The notes under the pieces: model-generated
What the model saw: the letters and a program-made list of their open reading frames with translations, nothing else
Told to the model about the DNA's origin: nothing
Databases searched by the model: none
In this document: piece by piece, positions 10,723 to 20,927 of the stretch
How positions within the stretch are numbered: position 1 is the stretch's first letter
Layout of the letters: each line of letters begins with the position of its first letter
Assembly (NCBI GenBank): GCA_963825865.1
Contig: CAWGVG010000028.1
Location: 1-64,000, forward strand
Direction: 5' to 3'
Source: an uncultured Nitrososphaeraceae archaeon
Lineage (GTDB): Archaea; Thermoproteota; Nitrososphaeria; Nitrososphaerales; Nitrososphaeraceae
Length of the DNA: 64,000 nt
Made by a program: the position numbers and the translations under genes

Positions 10723-11269
10723 TCAATACGCCCGTTGCTGTGCCATGTGCGTATGTGTCGCGTGTTTGGTCCTCTCTTCTGAAGAGTATAATACCTTCGA
10801 ACAATACTGGCACTTGAATTGTATAAGTTTATTTTCGATAGCATATCCATATTCAAAAATGTTCCCTGATCGAGGGTCTAGCCATATCTTCTTTTACTGA
10901 ATCAAGTCTTTAAGTATGGTTTTAAGCGATCGAAATTCGCCATTGACATATGAACCGATATAGAAAGGTGGGTTAGTTACTCTTTCCACACCTGTTATCA
11001 TTCCTCTAATCATATCATACTTTTCTTGATCTGATTTCAAACTTTCAAATTGTTTGATATCTGTTTCGTTTATCACAGTATTATCGTCTAGATTCTTATA
11101 CACAGAATAAGATGAAGATAGTTCGAAAGCACCAGGTGTGCCATTTGCTACTGCATCTAAATCTGGTACCATGATCTGTTGACCATCTTGCCAGACTAAT
11201 TTGACGGGGGCCGCGGAATATTTTAGAATTGTTAGTGTTAGTATTATCATCACTCATTGTTATCATATT
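10723..11269 (-). CDS. Hypothetical protein with C-terminal C2H2 zinc finger (two frameshifts)
   Basis: Joining frames gives ...KKIWLDPRSGNIFEYGYAIENKLIQFKCQYCSKVLYSSEERTKHATHTH (C-x2-C-x12-H-x4-H). Confidence 0.65.
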
Positions 11270-11387
11270 ATATCTATAACACACCTAACTAAAAATTTAT
11301 CGTGAATAATTGATAGAGTCAGAAAAGATAGCTCAAGCCAAAACAATTAAAGCTCTGACCTGGCTATCTTTGCATTTGGTTTAAGAA

Positions 11388-11765
11388 ATGCAAATAGTGC
11401 AAGAACTTAAGACAGTTAAGAAGTTAACGCCTTCTACTCCTCACATTCGTCGTTGGAATTGCTACAAGTGTAAAGATAGAAATTATTTGGTAGAATGCGC
11501 TTGTGGTAAATGTGGAAACGTGATTTGTAAATACAATAAACGAGGAACGTTAAGACAATTCATAAGTGGACATAATCAAATAGGTAAGAGAAATCTAGCC
11601 TGCTGGAAAGGTGGAAGATTTCTAGAAAATGGTTATTGGTTAATTCAACGCAGAAATCATAAACGTGCAGATTCTAAGGGCTATGTTTTTGAACATAATA
11701 TAGCCCTAGGTTTTACGGGCTATTTCGGTCAAGAAGAAAGAAGAGAAGTAATTATAGTCGCCTAA
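11388..11765 (+). pseudogene. Truncated HNH homing-endonuclease-like protein
   Basis: CACGKCG...WKGGRFLENGYWLI...HKRADSKGYVFEH is the typical lead-in to phage HNH_3 nucleases; the catalytic part is missing after ~11700. Confidence 0.65.
11709..11732 (+). repeat. 24-bp direct repeat, copy 1 (GGTTTTACGGGCTATTTCGGTCAA)
   Basis: 23/24 identical to 14472-14495. Confidence 0.9.
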
Positions 11766-11809
11766 ACATCATTGTAGGAATTAGATATGGCTAAAGGTTA
11801 GTATTTTGA

Positions 11810-12650
11810 ATGCCACACTATGAAATAATATGCATAACATTATCAAGTTAATATTAGTAAACAAAATCAATTCCATAAGGTTCTAATCCTGTTACCGAAT
11901 TTGTAACATCTAAGGAATTAAAGTCAATAGATCAATTTGCAGAAGAGTTTTTTTCTGTTGATTTTGGTAAAAGAAATTTTATACAAAGAAATCTTCCGAA
12001 TAAATTGCAGCAATTATGGACTATACTTCAGGATGTATATAGTAATGATCCTGATAGTGTTGTTAAATGTATAGTCAGTATAATAGAGAAAAAAATTCCT
12101 TAATGATAATTATAAAAATGAATTCTGGAATAACTCATTATCAAAATTTCTTGGAACAAGTAAAAAAGTCAATACAGTAACTGACTTTATATTTGAGCAT
12201 GTTAAAGACGACAGACAAAACCGAACACTTGATGTCTTGTCAATATGTGGCATCTTACTTTCATTTGTTGTCAATTCACAATCCCATTTATATTTCGTGA
12301 TGGAAAATATAAAGAAAGCAGTCAAGATTCTCAACAAAAATTATGATATTGAAGAAATATTTTCTATCGAGTCCAAGGTCATTCAGAACACTGAAATCAT
12401 CACTGACATTCAAGCAATTCGTAATGCTGTTTCCCACGGATCATTTAACTTAGAATTTAATAAAACGAAAAATGAATATACAGTTGAATCTCAAAATCTT
12501 TTGACTGGATACAGTTTTAATAGAAGATACACAGGTTACCAATTGTTATTTTTATATTCTGATTATGATAATTTAAGAAATATTCAAGAATTATTAATAC
12601 GCATTATCTTTTTAAAGGCCACTCTTAGATTATATTTCGTTAAAGATTAG
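11810..12650 (+). CDS. HEPN-motif protein 1 (frameshifted; start approximate)
   Basis: Upstream frames join to the 12237-12650 ORF; helical protein with IRNAVSHG (RxxxxH). Confidence 0.65.
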
Positions 12651-12651
12651 A

Positions 12652-12780
12652 ATGGATCGTGTCTTCAACAGTTGCAAAAGAACTATTGAAACGGATCAAC
12701 AAAAGTTATTTTGTTCTGGATGTTACAAGACATGGAGCGATTTAAAAACAGTATATGAAATCATGCCGCAGTTAGAGTAG
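12652..12780 (+). CDS. 42-aa CxxC mini-protein (MDRVFNSCKRTIETDQQKLFCSGCYKTWSDLKTVYEIMPQLE)
   Basis: ATG 1 nt after the HEPN1 stop; Zn-ribbon-like cysteines. Confidence 0.4.
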   Translation: MDRVFNSCKRTIETDQQKLFCSGCYKTWSDLKTVYEIMPQLE

Positions 12781-12867
12781 AGATCTGTTTTTTTATCCAG
12801 ATGTATCATTATCCAACCATATGAATACAAAATAATATAATTGATGTAATTTATGTTATCGAGGTAA

Positions 12868-13586
12868 ATGATGAAGAGAATTACATTGATTAATGAGTTA
12901 GAATCTTTACTAAAAGAATGTTTTAAAACTATTGATAATTTGAGAGGATCTCAACAGATTAAAGAAAATGATGCACGAGCTACCTTTTTTAAACATCTTG
13001 TTAATGTAATTAACCCCACACTTTTTTTCTTGATAATGTCGCAAAAATATCTTGTTAAATATGATAACTCCATTTGAAATGAAGATTGGTGGAAAGACAT
13101 ACAAAAAGAATATAATCTTTCAAATCGACCATTTCCTTTTGAACGACAACTACTATATTATGATCAAGTAGTTACATTTTCTTTTCTTATTCTCATATTT
13201 AGTTCATTTGAATCTTCTATTAGATTGATTGTTAAGCAATACGATTCATCTTTATAATCAAAGACCGCTTTAATCCGCTATGCAAAGATTTAATGAGTAA
13301 ACTGAAATTACTTGCAAAAGAGAATGACAAATTTATTGATCTTATTGGACTCTTTAGAAATTCAATTCATAATAATGGTGTCTATATGCCAGGCGGATCT
13401 GAAAAAAATAGAAAAATCGAATGGAATAATACTGTTTTTATTTTTGTTGGAAATAAACCTATATCACAACCCCAATTATGGTCAAAATTAATTTCATTTT
13501 CAAAAGAAATTTGTAAAATATTTACTGACATAATCAATTCCAATGAGATTAAGAAGATTAGGCACTACAGTGACCCAGCAGAATAA
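12868..13586 (+). CDS. HEPN-motif protein 2 (two frameshifts)
   Basis: Joined frames include FSSFESSIRLI and LFRNSIHNNG (RxxxH HEPN variant). Confidence 0.65.
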
Positions 13587-13863
13587 ATCAGAAATAAATC
13601 AAATAAATTCGATTTTGTTATTATTATTCCATCTATAGTTATTTGGCAGAAAGACAATATTCTTTACAACTACCGCTGTAACTTATTTTGGAACTGGAGT
13701 GTGAATGTTTAAAATTAAAGAGATTTACTAATAGATTGCCTTATACTATATCTATTATGAGTCAACTGCATTAATTGCAATATATGTATCATCTAGATCT
13801 ATCAATTTTCCAATAGTAGGTTACGTTCATTAAATTAAATATTACTGTTGCTATCGACTGTAA

Positions 13864-14369
13864 TTAACGTGTGTATTTTCTTTCAAATTTCCTTCTCAAA
13901 GCTATAATAAGACCGAAAGTAAGAGCACCTCCAACAATCTTAATAATATAATCTATTACCCCTACTTGATATCGCCTGGCAATGAAAGTAGAGGAAGAAA
14001 ATCTGCAAACTTCTTTGAAAAGCCGTAAGCCAATGAGTAAAGTTTCCAGCTTGGTTTAGAAAAACAAAAGAGATGTTGAATTGTAGAGGCTACTTGAACT
14101 ATTGATAAGGAAGTGAGGTTCAAGTGCCGGCTTGCTTTGCATAAGCCAAAATAATGTTGAAAGTGTTTGAGTGGCCTAACATTACCTGAATTATCGTATC
14201 TTCCTGTCGTGACACTGTTTGCAGTTGCTATTATTGCTATTATTGTATTAGTTGCTGCTTTGATGATTGTTTTAGTACGATCAATTTGTTTTAAGGTTTG
14301 CTTATCTAGTAAATGCCTGCAATCATGAGCAGTTCTGTACGCGAGGTGCACTACCCTCTGGAATGACAC
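13864..14369 (-). pseudogene. Degraded membrane-protein C-terminal fragment
   Basis: Shifted frame ends KIVGGALTFGLIIALRRKFERKYTR*; several disruptions. Confidence 0.4.
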
Positions 14370-14471
14370 CCCTATTCATTCTATGTTTGAATCCTACCAT
14401 GGTATGACTATTATTTACTACTCTATTATAGATATGGCCATCTCTATTTAAAATAATGTAGTATTTTATGG

Positions 14472-14495
14472 GGTTTTACAGGCTATTTCGGTCAA
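14472..14495 (+). repeat. 24-bp direct repeat, copy 2 (GGTTTTACAGGCTATTTCGGTCAA)
   Basis: 23/24 identical to 11709-11732. Confidence 0.9.
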
Positions 14496-14529
14496 ATCGT
14501 TATAGATAGAATAATGGGACAGGCTCTCC

Positions 14530-14910
14530 TTGGATCAGTATAACTTAAAACAAACAGGTTTTAAACTCATATCTATGACAAACAACAATAATCAACCTGC
14601 TCGTTATGACGACCATGATGACGGAGTGATAGCAAATAATATTTTCAATGAACTGTGCAGGCGTCATCGAGAAGATAGAAATGTAGGTAGACCATCTGCT
14701 TGGCATGATATAACAGAGCTTGCAGAAGAAGCGTTTGATAATAAGATAGATATTGCATATCTTGCAGAAGAACATCTCTTAGACAGATTACATTTTATAG
14801 AACGTGATCCAAAGAACCAAAATGTTAGGCTGACTGAGTCAGGCAGACAAAAATGTGATAAAGGAATAGATATTCCACCATCAAATAACCAATTACGAGT
14901 TAATCTCTAA
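14530..14910 (+). CDS. Small winged-helix-like protein
   Basis: HFIER...NVRLTESGR wing motif. Confidence 0.55.
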   Translation: MDQYNLKQTGFKLISMTNNNNQPARYDDHDDGVIANNIFNELCRRHREDRNVGRPSAWHDITELAEEAFDNKIDIAYLAEEHLLDRLHFIERDPKNQNVRLTESGRQKCDKGIDIPPSNNQLRVNL

Positions 14911-16345
14911 TAAGAAGTGCCGCTCTTACCTCGTCGTACGACTCTGAACCATAGAACAGTTGAAGCAATGGCTTGCACAATTCTTTATTCCTTCCATCAA
15001 GTCCTACATCAATATCAGCGATCGGGTCATGGTAATGCAGCAAACGATAGGCCAGCATCAACTTTCTAAAATCTGTTATCTCGTCTAGTAGTTTCTGAAG
15101 TCTTTTATTACCTGCAGGATTGAGAACCTCCTTAATGTCATGTTGCGGATTGCCTTTATACGCAGTAAGTAGAAACATGCGATCCAATACACCTTTAGCA
15201 AGATTTTGACTGGGTGAGCGTTCTGCTATGATAAACTTCAGACAGTAAGGATAAAAGAATTGCTGGATTTCGTTGCTGGTGCTCATGTTTATTTTGGCAA
15301 CTTTTCCACTGAATTGAGATCCAGTTTTTAGGATGCTCATGATATCCTGCGATCTATCTATTTTTTCTGCTTCGTCCATGACAATCGTACATTGGCCATA
15401 CTCTATTTTTCCTAACACTCTGAAGATGTTTGCTGCCGGTAGGATCAGTCATAGTGACTACACGATATCCTACTGCTCCAAAGGTGTCAGCGATTGTAGT
15501 CTTGCCGCTGCCATTATCTCCAACCACGCCGACGTAATGTGTAGTACTGAACCTATCCTGAAAATAGGACCAGAAAATGTCTGCAGCTACTAAAACTATT
15601 TTGTGGTTGTCTTGATCATCTTGTACTTTTCAACAATAGATTTTGCCTTGCTGTAGAGTGAATTTATGGATTCATGTCTGGCTCGGTTTATGTAAGTTTG
15701 ACCTTCTTCGAGGTTAGCATACTCATACGGCTCGTAAGGATATTCCTCCAAGTTTGGTGGTTTGATAATCCTATTATCTTCCTCGATAACATTAACTACA
15801 TCAACCTGACCATTCGCACACTTGAGAAAAACTGGCCTTCCTGCTAATGTGACAGCTTCAAAAAGTGGAATTCTACCTTTGCTAGAATACTTGTATGTCG
15901 TACATTTTGGCTTTTCTTTTTCCTTCCCGTTTGATTTTACACTTGATTTATTATTGTTGGCCGCTTTACCGTTACCGTTACCATTATCACCACCATTACG
16001 ATAATTGTCAAAAAAGTTAAAATCTTCGTTTTTGTCTGCTAATCATACCTTGCATTCATTCTCGAAATAAACTGCCAAGTCCTTGGCTGTTTGTTCGGGG
16101 ATTAATTGCTCTTCGATAAACTTATTTCGTACTGACTTTTTTGTTTTGTCAAGATCCGAGTGATAGAATTTGCAGAAGGTAATTAATCGATTATTACTGC
16201 TCTGAATTTTCATATGCTTCGCCTTATCACTAACTGGTAACTCGAACCGTGTAAATCCGTATTCGTTAAGCATTGAATCGTTAATTGGAATATAGTAAGT
16301 AGGATCTTCTTCGCTATTTTCTTTTGACATTTTCTTAGACCGCAA
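14900..16345 (-). pseudogene. P-loop ATPase / putative replication helicase (DUF3631-like), disrupted and C-terminally truncated
   Basis: Joined frames give Walker A GVVGDNGSGKTT (~15495-15530), Walker B IVMDEAE and LDR; in-frame TGA at 16043 plus frameshifts. Confidence 0.75.
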
Positions 16346-16374
16346 CTCCTAGCGTGTAACCTTCGATGTATTCG

Positions 16375-16563
16375 CTACATACAGGCAGCAGAAGTATTCG
16401 CTACATATTCTTTTGAAATTAATCGCTTTCGAATCCAACATTCTTGTAAATGTGCTGAAATTTCCATGTTAATTTTTCCTTGTTCTGCTCTAGGACAGGC
16501 GCAAAATAATGATCGTTCTCGAAAGAATTTATATTTCAGAAGTTTCTTACACAGATTAGTCAC
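16375..16563 (-). CDS. Small Cys/His hypothetical protein
   Basis: 62-aa ORF upstream of the ATPase, CACP...H..EC. Confidence 0.35.
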   Translation of the reverse strand: MTNLCKKLLKYKFFRERSLFCACPRAEQGKINMEISAHLQECWIRKRLISKEYVANTSAACM

Positions 16564-18117
16564 GATAATAAAACCCCCGTAAACTTCCTCTGTTAGGTCT
16601 AATTGTTTGTGGCTTGTATTTGCTCAAAAAACTGCGGGTCTGGCTGGTCCCCAGACCAATTTTGTATTTTTTCATTTCTCTAAACTCCTTTCCTTTTTTG
16701 TTACCATATTGTTGAGTAGTTGAGAGATCACCGAATCGAACGAATCTGTGACGGTTCCTAGAGTTCTAAGTGAGTCGTAATTTTTCTTAGAGATGACGAT
16801 TTGCTTGATTTCTCTTTGTGCCATTCTGTATCAAATTTATAAAAAAAATTTATAATAGGTCCGATCCAGTAGAAGTAAGCACGATTGTCTAAAAAATTCA
16901 CTAAAACACACAGTAACATACGAGTCATAAAAACAGCTGCTCTTAAACCAACCAAGAAGGAATTCCAAATTCTCAAAGTCGTGGCAAAAAGTAAAAGGCC
17001 GTTATCTTCTAGAGATATAGAAAAAGAAGTAAAGGAAAATAGAAAACAAGATCGTGATGTTTACAGAGTAATTAAAAACAAATTATGTATTCGAAAATTC
17101 AATTATGGATTCTTCCTTTTTGATTGGAATAAATTACTCTCTTCGATAGATGAGAAACTAAAATTTCGTAAGGATATAGATCTGAAAATGGTTGTCAAAG
17201 GTTTTAATACAATTGGATTTGATTTAAACGAATCTACAGTTGAATTTAGTAAAAACGAAGACGGCAGTGAAATAACAATAAGAAATGGTTCGGCTGATCC
17301 ACGTTTAATAAAAATTCAAAGAGAGTCCAAGGATTATGCTAACCTTACTGTATTTAAAGATGACAAAAAGGTAAGGATACCAACTCCTCTTATAATAAAG
17401 GAAGTTCGTAGGTTTTCTATGAAGGCTTCCAAAGAAATCCCGCCAAGGTAGGCACGTCATATCTTAATACATCTCTAAATGAGAAAGCCAGTAAAGACGT
17501 CCAAGAAAGAAAATCTAAATATCCAGATTTATTTAATTGCACTGATGACATTAAGAAGATAACTATACCTGACTTATACACTACGGCAATTATTTCTGAT
17601 GTATCAGAAATCGAATCAAATACAAGAAATTTGGAATATAGTATGAATATTCGTGGTTTAATACAATATGTTTTAGGCATGATAAATGAAGAGAACGAAA
17701 AAGGTGGTAGAGCTAGAAACGTAGAAGTATCTAAGGTATTAGAGAACCTGTCAGAAAATTTTAAGGAAGAATTTCCATTTCTCTTTCATTATAAAGAGAT
17801 TAAGGAATTATATGATAAACTAGCAGTTGAGAAAGGAGGAGGAAGATCATCATCATCGTCAGAATATGAATATTTTCACGTGCAACTCATAAAACAAATT
17901 GCTTTAGAGTTGCAGTATAGTCTTGATACAATTGACAAAGAGGACCTTAACTATCATATAATTAAACGCTATTCTGAAGCTTTAACCTGGTATTATATGG
18001 CACCTTTGAAAATATCTCTATTACCATTACCATTACCTCCTAAAGTAATTCGTGAATATTATGTATATACTCAGGAATACTTAAAGAAATATTTGGAAAA
18101 TGAATTATGGAAAACTA

Positions 18118-19122
18118 TGCTTTGTTGCATGATTAATTATCTTGTAAGTGATACTTATTTGACCACTCACCATTTAGCTTGCTAGTATTAATTATTCTGG
18201 TATGGTTGACTGGCCTTGCTATAATGAATCACTAGTTAGGCGTGGTCAAGTACTCTTGGATTTTGATGTACTTGATGGATGGGATCATGAATTATGTCAA
18301 ATGAACCTTGGTAAGGTTGGTGAGCCCTACTGCTACCCAAATTCATTTATTCAGCTTCTAGGTTACATGAGAGCATATTTCCATCTACCATATAGACAAA
18401 CACAGGGTGTAGTCATAGCTCATGCAAGTAAAGAAGTATCAAACACACCACATTATAGTACCATTAATAGACGTATAAACAGGCTAGAGATTAAAATCGA
18501 TGAAAAATTAGGAAATGATATTGTCATTGCTTTAGACAGCACCGGCATTAAGGTAGCTAATCGAGGGGAATGGATGCACCACAAATGGCATGTCAGAAAA
18601 GGATATCTAAAGATACACATAGCAGTTGATATCGAGAAGAAAAGAATTGTATCTCTGGAGGTAACAAGTGAAGAGGTACATGATGGTAAGATGCTAAAGA
18701 AGTTAGTAGACAATGCTTCTGAAAATAATAATCATGTGAAGGGTATATTAGCAGATGGTATGTACGACAGCAATAAGAATTTTAGATACCTATCAAAGAA
18801 CCACATTAAGCCTGGTATAAAGACAAGAAGTAATTCCAAGGTCAAGTCAACTAACTGTTATGCTAGGAATATGTCTGTAGTAAGACAACAACAGACAAAC
18901 CTCAAAAAATGGAAGCGTAGCGTGAGCTATGGGTACAGGTGGATAGCAGAAACAGCATTCTCTTCCATTAAAAGAACATTTGGTGAACATGTAACAGCTA
19001 GAAAGTTTCCTCACATGGTAAAAGAGATCCTCCTAAAGGCAGCTCTGTATAACATGTTCAATCGAATGACCTAGCTAACGGTTTGCATAACCTAAAATCC
19101 TAATGAATTATGCAACAGAGCA
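18118..19122 (+). mobile_element. IS5-family insertion sequence with 8-bp TSD
   Basis: IRs TGCTTTGTTGCATGAT / ATTATGCAACAGAGCA; TSD GAAAACTA at 18110-18117 and 19123-19130. Confidence 0.95.
18202..19074 (+). CDS. IS5-family DDE transposase (intact)
   Basis: YNESLVRRG, ALDSTG, ADGMYD and YGYRWIAETAFSSIK motifs. Confidence 0.95.
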   Translation: MVDWPCYNESLVRRGQVLLDFDVLDGWDHELCQMNLGKVGEPYCYPNSFIQLLGYMRAYFHLPYRQTQGVVIAHASKEVSNTPHYSTINRRINRLEIKIDEKLGNDIVIALDSTGIKVANRGEWMHHKWHVRKGYLKIHIAVDIEKKRIVSLEVTSEEVHDGKMLKKLVDNASENNNHVKGILADGMYDSNKNFRYLSKNHIKPGIKTRSNSKVKSTNCYARNMSVVRQQQTNLKKWKRSVSYGYRWIAETAFSSIKRTFGEHVTARKFPHMVKEILLKAALYNMFNRMT

Positions 19123-19290
19123 GAAAACTAAATCTCGTATTGAGAATATTCATTAACATTTTAAGAGAGATATCGTTACTACTTACCAGTAACATAAACA
19201 TATATTTTATTACTGATAACGCCGACGCTTATTAGTATCATAATGGATATTCTTCTATTTTTCTTCTGAGGATATTGGATTTGGTGGCTA

Positions 19291-20528
19291 CTACTGCTGT
19301 CCTTTTATCATTCTCTCTCTTGCTTTATGAGTCAAATCAATGGATTTCTGGGTTAAATCCTCCATATGCTGCATCCTAGAAAATATTTGCTCAAACAATT
19401 GTCGTGATTTATCAACTTCACTTTGCAATTGGACAATTTTTGTATCTTTCTCCGACTCGAGTGTCTTGACTTTAATCTTTAGTCGATTCTCTTCATTAAT
19501 CGTCAGCAAGTCAACAGCTTTTAGATACTCTGAAAGTATTTCGTCCTCACCAGGTCTATAATACGCCTTGTTCAAGCCTATGGAATGACCTAACAACATT
19601 TCACGAGCTTCAGCGTTTACCTTTGCTCTAATCATGTTTGTAGTGACAAATTTACGAAATCCATGTATTGCTGCTATCTCATTGCGCTTTTGACCATGCT
19701 TCATGGTTTCAGTCTCTTTAAACGCTGTCATAACTCCTGATTTATGGAGTTTATCGCTGATTAGTTTTGATAGCGTTCCATCTTGCATTATTTCTGGTCG
19801 CCTAACATCACAAACATCAAACTCTTTTCTTATTAGAGGTGAATCACCTATCAGTTTCTCGCCTGATCGTGTCCTATAATCTAAATATACATCAATTGTG
19901 CTGGCAAGCTTCTGGAGTTGTAAATGTGAAATATTCTTCTTTGGTTCCTTCGTAGATTGTGATTTGATACAAAGAATATTCAGGTATTTTCTTCAAATTT
20001 TTTATTTGAAGGTTAGGAATAGCTCTTCTGCGGATTCCTGTCGAGGCTAATAACAGAATTAAAGCTTTAGCTCTTTCATCGCAGAACTCTAGCAACCTCT
20101 GGATTTCTGCAGTAGTATAACCTCTGTCTTTATTGGTCCTGACATTATCTCCAACATACATTGATATCTTTTTTCTGTTTAACACAACATCATTCATTGC
20201 ATAAAAGTGCATGATTGCAGCCAGATAGAAATTGATAGTTATGCCAGTTACCTTTTGGTCCTTTTTCAGCCAAACGATATACTTTATGATGTTAGACTCA
20301 ATTACCTTTGGCTGTTGCTGCAATAATAATAAAACATCGATTCTATTATCGCCGCCGTTAGGATAACCAAGATATCTGAGATATCTATTCAGACCATAAA
20401 TATACCTCTTCTTTGTAGTTTCGCTCTTTATCGCATATAGAAAATTATCATAAGCGAGTGCAGACAGATCAACGGTTTTAGTTACTTCTGCTCCTCCAGC
20501 TTTTAGCGGCAGTAGGTGGAGAATCCAT
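19291..20528 (-). CDS. Tyrosine integrase (frameshifted in this sequence)
   Basis: LLASTGIR, HGFRKF, MLLGH, AYYRP catalytic motifs across joined frames; ATG at 20528. Confidence 0.9.
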
Positions 20529-20575
20529 ACCGCCTATAGACTGTGTGGCGTTTTATTTAAGCGACTATAAAGTCT

Positions 20576-20598
20576 AATCAAACTGCATTGTTACTAGT
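20576..20598 (+). repeat. Putative attR, AATCAAACTGCATTGTTACTAGT
   Basis: Direct repeat of 5438-5460, ~50 bp upstream of the integrase start. Confidence 0.8.
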
Positions 20599-20665
20599 GT
20601 TGCCATATTATGAAAACATCCGCTCGCTCGCTCGCATATTCAAAATTTATTTTTTTGCTGCTATT

Positions 20666-20842
20666 TTACTTTTCTTCACCTGTTTCTGTTCCTTTATATA
20701 CATTCAATTCTTTTAGAATACTTATTACCAAAGGAATTTCTAAGTCAAGCTGCATTGCAATAAATTCTTCACCTATTCCAGAGGTATAAAGATTCATGAC
20801 AACTTGCTTTTTTTCTTCAGAAACGTTGCCTGTTCCAAGCAT
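20666..20842 (-). CDS. 58-aa HTH-like protein (MLGTGNVSEEKKQVVMNLYTSGIGEEFIAMQLDLEIPLVISILKELNVYKGTETGEEK)
   Basis: Below the ORF-track cutoff; clean ATG-TAA ORF with an HTH-like pattern. Confidence 0.65.
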   Translation of the reverse strand: MLGTGNVSEEKKQVVMNLYTSGIGEEFIAMQLDLEIPLVISILKELNVYKGTETGEEK

Positions 20843-20927
20843 GCTGATTATCGTGACTTTTCTCGTAATTTAAAATATTTGTTTTGTGCTTCTAGCGAAA
20901 AAATTAATGAAGATTAAATTCCTCATT

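Larger units (their letters stand above)
16885..19156 (+). pseudogene. Winged-helix regulator-like gene, frameshifted near 17445 and interrupted near its 3' end by an IS
   Basis: N-terminal ILKVVAKSKRPLSSRDIEK; removing the IS restores ...ELWKTKSRIENIH* ending at 19156. Confidence 0.65.

Noticed and set aside
19211-19237. Hairpin between the integrase and the convergent gene as an ncRNA
   Set aside because: Short and more simply explained as a terminator-like structure.
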